This document shows, in pieces, positions 17,897 to 25,233 of a DNA stretch of 64,000 bases. The position numbers were made by a program, and so were the translations under genes. The notes under the pieces are model-generated. The model was not told the DNA's origin and ran no database searches. It saw nothing but the letters and a program-made list of their open reading frames with translations. The DNA comes from Candidatus Doudnabacteria bacterium (GTDB lineage: Bacteria; Patescibacteriota; Doudnabacteria; UBA920; VMFF01): the NCBI GenBank assembly GCA_963840645.1, contig CAWIZL010000002.1, positions 273,663 through 337,662 of the forward strand, written 5' to 3'. How positions within the stretch are numbered: position 1 is the stretch's first letter; each line of letters opens with the position of its first letter.

Positions 17897-18004
17897 GTCA
17901 GTAGTTAATAGGTAATAGTTAATAGATGGATCCGAACAGTTCGCTTTCTATTGGTAGGCGGCTCGTAGTTTAGCTATTGTCTACTAACTATTAACTACTG
18001 AACA
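17897..18004 (-). repeat. Structured intergenic element E2 (~105 nt), infC-rpmI spacer
   Basis: By my manual alignment roughly three quarters of positions match E1. A 13-bp stem pairs CAGTAGTTAATAG (17899-17911) with CTATTAACTACTG (17988-18000). It has the same GGATCCG and CTATTGGTAGGCG core. Confidence 0.7.
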
Positions 18005-18533
18005 CTACTTCCCATCCAATTTCGCTGTCATTTTCCCCCGCGTGAGTAAGACTGATATCGTGTTGCCCTGCTTCTTTGCAGGTGATTCAATCTCGACGCT
18101 CGGCAGTGATGCAATGAACGTCTTCATGACCTCAAAGCCTCGCTCTGCAAAAGCCTGTTCGCGTCCGCGCATCATGAGGTCAACTTTCACCTTGTCGCCG
18201 TCATCGAGGAACCTCTCAGACTGCTTGGCCTTGATGCCCATGTCGTGCTCTGAAATTCGTAGTGAGAGGCGAATGTTCTTCACCTCAATCTTCTTGACCT
18301 TTTTCTTCTGCTGCTGCTCCAGTTTCTTCTGGTGGTAGCGGAACTTGTCAAAGTTGGTGAGCTTGGTGACCGGTGGCACTGCCTGCGGTGAAACCTCAAC
18401 GAGGTCTAGCCCACGGTCCATGCGCCAGTGCGATTGCGTCGGCAATCGCCATGATGCCGAGCTGGCCTCCGTCTTCGTCAATGACGCGAACCTCTGGAAC
18501 GCGTATTTGTGCATTTACCCTTGATTTCTGCAA
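18005..18533 (-). CDS. infC: Translation initiation factor IF-3, with an indel near 18422
   Basis: The upstream frame reads ..QKSRVNAQIRVPEVRVIDEDGGQLGIMAIADAIALA and joins ..DRGLDLVEVSPQAVPPVTKLTNFDKFRYHQKK... The probable start is the TTG at 18533. Confidence 0.85.
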
Positions 18534-18619
18534 ATCGGACTTTTTAAATTTTGGTCATGTGAATTTGATTAGATTATAGCCATTTTACTGGATTTGGTCA
18601 AATGGTGTAGAATGGGTAC

Positions 18620-18784
18620 ATGGCACTCATAGTAGTAGTTGTTGCATTGATCCTCCTAGGTGTTTTTGTTTTGATATTCCATGGAGCCTTGGCGTTTGGC
18701 TACAAACGTGGGGGGGTTTGGGGTCTTTTCAGAATGGCTGGAGCTGTTATTTTTCATGAATTCATGGTTATCTTTTTTCACTAG
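18620..18784 (+). CDS. Candidate 54-aa hydrophobic peptide (below the track cutoff)
   Basis: ATG at 18620 gives MALIVVVVALILLGVFVLIFHGALAFGYKRGGVWGLFRMAGAVIFHEFMVIFFH, with TAG at 18782. There are two hydrophobic stretches. A TGtTAGAAT box ends 10 nt upstream. Confidence 0.3.
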   Translation: MALIVVVVALILLGVFVLIFHGALAFGYKRGGVWGLFRMAGAVIFHEFMVIFFH

Positions 18785-18810
18785 ACTTTTGTGGCTTTCT
18801 GTGCTAGAAT
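18782..18810 (+). promoter_or_regulatory. Putative ssrA promoter
   Basis: TAGACT, a 17-nt spacer, then TGcTAGAAT. The -10 box ends 9 nt before the mature GGGG 5' end. Confidence 0.4.
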
Positions 18811-18819
18811 CAGTTCCTT

Positions 18820-19214
18820 GGGGATGACGGATCTTGACAGTGAACAGATCCACGCAAGTACGCAAGCCGGGCACTCTCAGAACCCCGTAACATTACTGAG
18901 AAAACTCCAACTGGCAACTTTGTTGCTAAGGTGAAGAATGCGTTCGCTCCGGCGTTCGCCTTCGCACCTGCTATGGCCTAGTCACTAGGTCGTAGCGCGC
19001 GACCTCGGCGTGCCTCGCGCCTTGGCCACCGCGCTTTATATAGAGGCTCACCTTGCTGGATGTGCACGCGACAGCAGGGGACACCACAGCGCGCAGACCT
19101 GCTGGTTAGTTTGTCCGTTTGTTAGCGTGCAGGCACTCAAAGCGGACTAAGCTTGTGATCAACTCGTGTGGTGACAGTCGCTGAGACCCAGTTTAACTCT
19201 CGGCATCTCCACCA
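18820..19214 (+). ncRNA. ssrA: tmRNA (transfer-messenger RNA)
   Basis: The 5' end GGGGATGACGGATCTTGACAG pairs with the 3' end CATCTCC-A-CCA, including a G3-U pair. AACTGGCAAC parallels the Bacillus resume region. The tag ORF is GGC AAC TTT..GCT ATG GCC TAG. Confidence 0.85.
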
Positions 19215-19216
19215 AT

Positions 19217-19245
19217 AAAGAACCACCCTAAAAGGGTGGTTCTTT
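19217..19245 (+). terminator. Rho-independent terminator of ssrA
   Basis: AAAGAACCACCC-TAAAA-GGGTGGTTCTTT. Confidence 0.75.
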
Positions 19246-19329
19246 GAATGTCGTGGCGAGGTACGAGCCAGACGTTTTTATAGATGAGATGCAGGTGGCC
19301 GAGTGGAGCGAGCCACCTGCGCCACCATT

Positions 19330-19599
19330 CTAATTTCCGTACTGTTGCTTGAGCTTTACAATTTTATTGTAGGCTGAAGTGTGTTGCCCGTTTTGCAATG
19401 TAGTTGCAACAGAAGAATCGTACTGAATGTTGGACACGCTGTCAGGACTTGGAGGGTAGCCATAGTAAAAGTAAGCTGTTGTCCAGAAGGGATCAATGGA
19501 AGTGAAGCTATTTGCGGAAGCGTAGTCTGCCACAAAATCGAGCCATTGCTGATCTGTTGGAGCAAGTTGGCCATTGCCATTGTCCGCGATGTATCTCAT
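19330..19599 (-). CDS. Hypothetical protein (89 aa)
   Basis: Track ORF in a lower-GC patch. No family recognised. Confidence 0.45.
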   Translation of the reverse strand: MRYIADNGNGQLAPTDQQWLDFVADYASANSFTSIDPFWTTAYFYYGYPPSPDSVSNIQYDSSVATTLQNGQHTSAYNKIVKLKQQYGN

Positions 19600-19720
19600 C
19601 TTTTACAATTAAAAAACTTGTTTCTATTTAAAGGTTGTGGATAAACTCAAATAGAAATTTGCATTTTTAAAATGGTGCTATAATAATTATAGTGTTAAAT
19701 AAGCATTAACGATAAATTGT

Positions 19721-20137
19721 ATGACTGAAGAAAATACAATGGGTAAGCACGCTCCTTTAGGGGTAAAAATTCTATCAATACTGGAGTATGTAGCCGGAGC
19801 ATTTTGGATTATAATTGGCGTAATCGCTTTCTCTCGTTCTGCTAGGATTTATGAACTCATAGGTTACAGGCACGGCGTCGTGGTAACTGCTGGACATCCC
19901 GTTTTGGGACTTATCTTTATTGTCCTTGGCATTATCCATTTATTCTTGGGAAGTGGCCTGTGGCAAGGAATGCACTGGGCTTACATTTGGACTGTTGTTG
20001 TCAGCGTACTGTACGTTTTACTGGAGATGGCTATGCTAATAAGGAATGGCTACACCAGCTACGTTAGCTTAGCGTTGAATGTTATCATCCTGGTTTACCT
20101 GTGGTCCAGTCCAAAGGCTAAAGCTTACCTAAGTTAA
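19721..20137 (+). CDS. Small integral membrane protein (4 TM, DUF2127-like)
   Basis: Four hydrophobic helices. A TGcTATAAT box lies at 19676-19684 upstream. Confidence 0.55.
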   Translation: MTEENTMGKHAPLGVKILSILEYVAGAFWIIIGVIAFSRSARIYELIGYRHGVVVTAGHPVLGLIFIVLGIIHLFLGSGLWQGMHWAYIWTVVVSVLYVLLEMAMLIRNGYTSYVSLALNVIILVYLWSSPKAKAYLS

Positions 20138-20138
20138 C

Positions 20139-20747
20139 GTGGAGTCCAGTACAGATAGTTTCCCAATGTCGAGGATTGACTCCTTTAGCGACTGCGTTTT
20201 TGCTTTTGCTATTACCTTACTGGTCATTAACTTAAGGCTCCCGGCAACAGCACTAACTGGCGCAGAGTTAAATGCTTACCTGTTTAACCTCTGGCCAATA
20301 CTTGCAGCTTTCCTGTTGAGCTTCTGGGTTATTTACCGGTTTTGGAGTTCCCACGTGAGAGTGCTCAGCTACTACAAAGAAGTCAACAGCACTTTCTTGA
20401 GCCTGAACGCTTTCCTGCTGCTGTTCATTGTAGCCATGCCTTTCACGACAGATGTGCTAAGCCTGCACCCCCATGACGGTGGTGGAGTAGTTTTGTACGC
20501 TGTGGTGTTTAGCGCCGCCGCTTTTTTGGAAGCTGCACTGTGGCAGTACACAAAAAAGCATCCAGAGCTGCTGCGTAAAGCTGTGGATGAAGGAGAGGTT
20601 GATTCCTATCGTGGAAATGTCTTAATGTCAGGAATTATTTTTGCCTGTTCCATCCCACTTGGTTTTTTCTTCCCTTTCCTCACGGAGCTTGCGTGGCTGG
20701 TTGCTTTGCTGATAAGGCGGCGACACCAGCACCCAAAAGTTTCGTAA
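20139..20747 (+). CDS. TMEM175/DUF1211-family potassium channel-like membrane protein
   Basis: The signature RIDSFSDCVFAFAITLLV sits near the N-terminus, followed by 6 TM helices. The true start may be the ATG at 20166. Confidence 0.7.
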   Translation: MESSTDSFPMSRIDSFSDCVFAFAITLLVINLRLPATALTGAELNAYLFNLWPILAAFLLSFWVIYRFWSSHVRVLSYYKEVNSTFLSLNAFLLLFIVAMPFTTDVLSLHPHDGGGVVLYAVVFSAAAFLEAALWQYTKKHPELLRKAVDEGEVDSYRGNVLMSGIIFACSIPLGFFFPFLTELAWLVALLIRRRHQHPKVS

Positions 20748-20754
20748 GCCAGCT

Positions 20755-21444
20755 TTACTTTGAGAGCACCAGCGCAATCTTCTGCGTTGAGATTATGCTC
20801 TGCGTCGCCTCGTCCCAGTTTGCAGATGCTGCCTGCAGCACGCTGAACGGGTACGAGTTGCCGTCGCCACCGGTGATTCCCGGATCGTTCACCACAAAGG
20901 TGTCACCCTTGAAGCCACGGATGACGATCATGTGGTAGAGTGGTGCATCGTGCACGTACTGCGCGTTGCCGAGCTTTACCGCGTTCACCGGCAACAGCAC
21001 TGGCATGTGGTCTGCGATGGCCTGCTTCAGGTCTGCCTCTGTGAAGTTTGGAATTTGCTGAGCCTTCAGGCCAAATGCGCCCTCAGCCATTCTGCTGGTT
21101 GAGTCTGCACCAGTGTTTGCATTGTAGCCGAGGTTTGCCTGCTCCCACGCCTTTAAATTGTTGATGGCGTTCTGCGCCGCGAGGGGCGGCAGCTTGTCCT
21201 CTGTTGTGCCTGTGAGGTACGCGTTCGCCATTGTCACGCTCGTTTCCTCACAGTCCTCGTTGCCTGTCCAGCTATCGTCAGGTGCCTGCGTGCTGAACGG
21301 CACTGGCAGTACGAGGCTCTGTGGAATTGAGGGCGTTGCGATTCTCTTGCCGATGACAGCGCCAACAATGAGCGCTGCCACAATGAGCAGCACCATGACG
21401 GCACCTGTCCACAGCTCGATTTTTTCGAACAAGGGGATTTTCAT
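20755..21444 (-). CDS. Membrane-anchored peptidase C39-like (C39_2) domain protein
   Basis: An N-terminal TM helix, then VPFSTQAPDDSW..CEETSVTMANAY..YHMIVIRGF..VNDPG. Confidence 0.7.
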   Translation of the reverse strand: MKIPLFEKIELWTGAVMVLLIVAALIVGAVIGKRIATPSIPQSLVLPVPFSTQAPDDSWTGNEDCEETSVTMANAYLTGTTEDKLPPLAAQNAINNLKAWEQANLGYNANTGADSTSRMAEGAFGLKAQQIPNFTEADLKQAIADHMPVLLPVNAVKLGNAQYVHDAPLYHMIVIRGFKGDTFVVNDPGITGGDGNSYPFSVLQAASANWDEATQSIISTQKIALVLSK

Positions 21445-21462
21445 TTTATTTTTTGCGCTAGG

Positions 21463-22224
21463 CTACTTTGAGACAACAATCATCTCGTGCTGGTTGCTGT
21501 TGATGGTGTTTGTGGTGTGGTTCCAATCAGCGCCAGCAGCGTAGAGCGTGGCAAACGTGTACGGGTAGTTTTGCCCACGCTTTGTGCCTGGATCGTTCGA
21601 GATGAGCTCTGTTGGCGTGTACCCGCGGATGACGAGCATGTGGTAGATTGGCCCAGGCTGCGTGTAGAATGGGTTGCCAATTTCTTGGCCATCAACTGGT
21701 ATGATCACGACTTCGTGAGCGTTGATGTCAGCCTCAATGTCTTGCAGGGTGTAGTTTTCCACAACAGTGGCATTCAGGCCGTAGAAACCCGTAATCATCT
21801 GCGCCGTCTCTGCTGCTGTTGTGTCGAGGTGGTAGCCAAAGTGCTGGTCTTCCCACGTGGTGAGCTCTGAAATTTGCGCCTCCACTTGGGCAGGTGGCAT
21901 GGCAATGTCTCTGTCGCCGGTGAGGTACGCGTTCGCCATGATAGACGTTGCCTCTTCGCACGCTTCCTCGTGCAGCTGGTCCCAGTCACCAGTTGGTGCC
22001 TGCGGCGTGAAGGGGATTGGCAGGTTCACTGTGCCAGACGCTGACACTGTCGGTGTTGCAGTTGGATTTGTTCCAGTTAGCTGCGATGTCGGTGTGGCTG
22101 ACGCAGGTGCCTGAGGCACAACTACGGGTGTTTTTTCGTGGATCATATTTAAGAGCACAACTGTTCCCGCAATTGCTACGGCAACAATGGCAATACTGTA
22201 CCAGGATACTTTGGTTGTCTTCAT
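21463..22224 (-). CDS. Membrane-anchored peptidase C39-like domain protein (tandem paralogue)
   Basis: IPFTPQAPTGDW..CEEATSIMANAY..YHMLVIRGY..SNDPG. Same architecture as the gene at 20755..21444. Confidence 0.7.
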   Translation of the reverse strand: MKTTKVSWYSIAIVAVAIAGTVVLLNMIHEKTPVVVPQAPASATPTSQLTGTNPTATPTVSASGTVNLPIPFTPQAPTGDWDQLHEEACEEATSIMANAYLTGDRDIAMPPAQVEAQISELTTWEDQHFGYHLDTTAAETAQMITGFYGLNATVVENYTLQDIEADINAHEVVIIPVDGQEIGNPFYTQPGPIYHMLVIRGYTPTELISNDPGTKRGQNYPYTFATLYAAGADWNHTTNTINSNQHEMIVVSK

Positions 22225-22335
22225 GTATTCATTACATACCTATTTATGGTTTTAGGGAAGAGCTGCTGTGCACAGGTGCCCTGGTTTGACTTTGCGTTTG
22301 CACTCTGCAATTATGCCAACAGGAGGAGTTGGTGT

Positions 22336-22686
22336 ATGGCGATCTCCATTTCTTCATCAGAAGTTGGCACTGTTAGCATCGTGGTGGTTCGCGGTCGTAT
22401 CACCTTTTGTGATGGCGTGGGCACTCTGCGTGCCTACCTTGATGGGTTAGCTCACCAGGGAAAGAAGAAGATCATGCTCAGGCTCAAGGATCTTGAGTTC
22501 ATTGATGCCTTTGGGCTGAAGGAGCTCATTGGGATCGTGGCACTGTCAAGGCCAGGTGGGGAGCTGAAAATTTTGGATGCATCTCCGCAGATTCACTCCG
22601 TATTCGAGATGGCGAAAATGCACGAGCTCCTGGAGTTCTTTTCAAAAAAGCCTGCTACTGTTGCAGGGACTCCTACTCCTAAGTGA
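22336..22686 (+). CDS. STAS-domain protein (anti-sigma-factor-antagonist fold)
   Basis: AGGAGG lies 9 nt upstream of the ATG at 22336. VVVRGRITFCDG..LKDLEFIDAFGLKELIG carries Ala where the phosphorylatable Ser of SpoIIAA-type proteins sits. Confidence 0.65.
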   Translation: MAISISSSEVGTVSIVVVRGRITFCDGVGTLRAYLDGLAHQGKKKIMLRLKDLEFIDAFGLKELIGIVALSRPGGELKILDASPQIHSVFEMAKMHELLEFFSKKPATVAGTPTPK

Positions 22687-22720
22687 TTAGGCGCCTGTGC
22701 GTAACGAGCACTGCCACAAA

Positions 22721-22757
22721 CTCGCAGGTACCCCTACCTGCGAGTTCTTTTTTTGAC
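22721..22757 (+). terminator. Rho-independent terminator
   Basis: CTCGCAGGTA-CCCC-TACCTGCGAG followed by TTCTTTTTTT. Confidence 0.75.
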
Positions 22758-22787
22758 CCAGCACGAGCGGCAACGTATACTGTTACC

Positions 22788-23480
22788 ATGCTGCAAATTT
22801 TAATTGCAATCCTCGCTGGAATTTTGACCATTGCATCGCCGTGCGTGCTGCCGCTCTTGCCAATTCTACTTGGGGCATCTGTTGGCCAGACCAGCAGAGC
22901 ACGCCCAATCTTCATTACGCTCGGCTTTGTTTTGACGTTCGGCATTATCGGCGTGGTCATTTCAGTGCTCAGCCAGCGCTCTGGCGTGCCGAGCCAGGTG
23001 ATCCGTGATGTGGCAGCTGCGGTGCTGCTGGTGTTCGGCGTGCTCATGGTGTTCCCTGCACTCTTTGAAAAAATTTCACCTTTGCTGTCGCGGCTCACGT
23101 CTGGTGCAAGCAGCGGTGCAGGCTCGGGAAACCTGGGCGGCTTCATTTTAGGTGTGACCCTCGGCTTTGTGTGGACGCCGTGTGCAGGTCCTGTGCTGGC
23201 ATCAATTCTGGCTCTCGTGGCAACCCAGCGCGACATTGCTGCATCAATTATCCTGCTCGTGGCGTACTCTGTAGGTGCTGGCGTGCCAATGCTCCTCATT
23301 GCGTACGGCGGACAGTACGCAACAGAAAAGGTGCACAGCCTCGCGCGCTACACGCAGTTCATCCAGCAGGTGTTCGGCGTTCTCGTCATTGCAATTGCGC
23401 TCGCCATTTACTTCCAGCTCGATACCCAGTTCTACGCGTGGCTGCTCCAGCGCTACCCGAGCTTCACCCCGCACTACTAA
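22788..23480 (+). CDS. ccdA: Cytochrome c biogenesis / thiol-disulfide transporter CcdA (DsbD family)
   Basis: MLQILIAILAGILTIASPCVLPLLP.. and ..WTPCAGPVLASIL carry the two conserved Cys motifs. Start trimmed to the ATG at 22788. Confidence 0.85.
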   Translation: MLQILIAILAGILTIASPCVLPLLPILLGASVGQTSRARPIFITLGFVLTFGIIGVVISVLSQRSGVPSQVIRDVAAAVLLVFGVLMVFPALFEKISPLLSRLTSGASSGAGSGNLGGFILGVTLGFVWTPCAGPVLASILALVATQRDIAASIILLVAYSVGAGVPMLLIAYGGQYATEKVHSLARYTQFIQQVFGVLVIAIALAIYFQLDTQFYAWLLQRYPSFTPHY

Positions 23481-23508
23481 ACTTGCACGTCATTAACTTC
23501 TGCGTACG

Positions 23509-24561
23509 ATGAAAAAAATTTGGCCGTACCTGCTAGCGCTCGTTGTCCTGCTCGTTGTGGGTGGCATTTACCTTGACTACTCAAAAACTGGCATGGACTT
23601 GGCAAACTTGGGTGCTAGCCAGCCGAACCAGGCTAGCTCAGGAGCCTCGGCTTCAGTAACGCCAAACTTGAAAAACTACGGACCTGCGCCAGACTTTACG
23701 GGCATCACGAACTGGATAAACAGTCCACCTCTGACCATGGCGAGCTTGAAGGGCAAGGTTGTGCTCGTGGATTTTTGGACGTACTCGTGCATCAACTGCC
23801 TGCGCACGCTGCCGTTCGTCACTGGCTGGTACTCAAAGTACAGCGCAGATGGGCTCGTGGTTGTCGGCGTGCACACGCCAGAGTTTCCGTTCGAGCAGGT
23901 GCCGGCAAACGTTGAGGCTGCCGTGAAAAGGCTGGGCGTCACCTACCCAGTTGCGCAGGATAACAACTACGGAACGTGGAACGCGTACCAAAACGAGTAC
24001 TGGCCAGCAGACTACCTCGTAGACCAGAACGGCAACGTAGTGTACGAGTCGTTCGGCGAGGGCGACTACGTGCAGACAGAGAACGCCATTCGTTCGCTGC
24101 TCAAGTTGCCGCCGCTCACCAGTGGCAGCAGTGGCAATGGGCAAGACCTGTCCCAGGTGAATTCACCTGAAATGTACTTTGGCACAGCGCGCCAGGAGTA
24201 CCTGACGCAGACCCAGAAAGTATCGACATCGCCAACAGCGTACACGCAGCCTGCCAAGCTCAGCGTGAACACGTTTGCACTTGGCGGCACGTGGCAGTTC
24301 AATAGTGACAACGCAGTTTTGGACTCTGCCACTGGCAGCGTGCAGCTCAGCTTTGATTCTGCAAAGCTGTACATGGTGGCTGCTGCAGGTGCTTCACCTG
24401 TGACGCTGAGCATTACAGTTGATGGGGTTGCGCAGCCAGATGTAACAGTCACAGGTTCACAGCTGTACACTTTGTTTAATTCGACGAGCTACACAAACCA
24501 CACGGCCGTAATTACCGTGACAGGTGCAGGGTTCCAAGCCTATACGTTTACGTTCGGTTAA
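23509..24561 (+). CDS. Membrane-anchored thioredoxin-like protein (DipZ C-terminal-like)
   Basis: GKVVLVDFWTYSCINCLRTLP (CxxC)..VVGVHTPEFPFE..YWPADYLVDQNG. Confidence 0.8.
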   Translation: MKKIWPYLLALVVLLVVGGIYLDYSKTGMDLANLGASQPNQASSGASASVTPNLKNYGPAPDFTGITNWINSPPLTMASLKGKVVLVDFWTYSCINCLRTLPFVTGWYSKYSADGLVVVGVHTPEFPFEQVPANVEAAVKRLGVTYPVAQDNNYGTWNAYQNEYWPADYLVDQNGNVVYESFGEGDYVQTENAIRSLLKLPPLTSGSSGNGQDLSQVNSPEMYFGTARQEYLTQTQKVSTSPTAYTQPAKLSVNTFALGGTWQFNSDNAVLDSATGSVQLSFDSAKLYMVAAAGASPVTLSITVDGVAQPDVTVTGSQLYTLFNSTSYTNHTAVITVTGAGFQAYTFTFG

Positions 24562-24575
24562 TTAAAAGATTAAGT

Positions 24576-25133
24576 ATGGAAAATGTTAAACTTGAGACAG
24601 CAACTTTTGCAGGTGGCTGCTTCTGGTGCACAGAGGCAATCTACACGCGGCTGCGGGGCGTTGCATCGGTTATGCCTGGGTACGCAGGTGGACGATCAGA
24701 TTTGCCAAACCCAAGCTACGAGCAGGTGAGCACTGGCAACACGGGCTACGCCGAGGCTGCGCGCGTTGAGTTTGATCCAGCCGTAATTTCGTACGAAACG
24801 CTGCTGGATGTTTTCTGGGCAACCATTGACCCAACAACTTTGAACCGGCAGGGGAGCGACGTTGGCACACAGTACCGCTCAGCTATTTTTTACCACAGCA
24901 ATGCACAGCGTGAAGCCGCAGAGAAATCTAAAGCAACTTTGGCTGCGAGTGGCAAGTACACCAACCCAATTGTCACCGAGGTCGTGCCGTTCACCAACTT
25001 CTACGAGGCCGATGAATCTCATCGAGAATTCTACGATCGTAATAGAGAATACGGCTACTGCAGGCTGGTAATTGATCCAAAGATCCAGAAGCTGTACAAG
25101 GGGTTTTCAGATAAGCTTAAAGAAGAGGTTTAA
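24576..25133 (+). CDS. msrA: Peptide-methionine (S)-S-oxide reductase
   Basis: ATFAGGCFWCTEAIY..GYAGG..NPSYEQV..GYAEAARVEFDP. Confidence 0.95.
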   Translation: MENVKLETATFAGGCFWCTEAIYTRLRGVASVMPGYAGGRSDLPNPSYEQVSTGNTGYAEAARVEFDPAVISYETLLDVFWATIDPTTLNRQGSDVGTQYRSAIFYHSNAQREAAEKSKATLAASGKYTNPIVTEVVPFTNFYEADESHREFYDRNREYGYCRLVIDPKIQKLYKGFSDKLKEEV

Positions 25134-25224
25134 ACAAAAAAGAACGTTCCAGGAGCTTCGAGTTTCATTTCTTTCGCGGGGCGAAAGCCAAGAAACGAGC
25201 GCGAGGGGAGTGTTCTTTTTTTGT
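25134..25224. repeat. Long palindromic intergenic element, copy A (bidirectional terminator-like)
   Basis: Outer arms AAAAAAGAACGTTCC and GGAGTGTTCTTTTTT. Inner core CTTCGAGTTTCATTTCTTTCGCGGGGCGAAAGCCAAGAAACGAG. Confidence 0.6.
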
Positions 25225-25233
25225 TTGAGCTGG

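Noticed and set aside
18656-18874. Minus-strand ORF of 72 aa
   Set aside because: It overlaps the 5' end of the tmRNA and the candidate plus-strand peptide. No start context or conservation signal is evident.
19215-20750. Integrative element inserted at ssrA
   Set aside because: The composition is only moderately shifted. I found no integrase and no direct repeat of the tmRNA 3' end (..CTCGGCATCTCCACCA) downstream. It is kept only as a low-confidence compositional observation.
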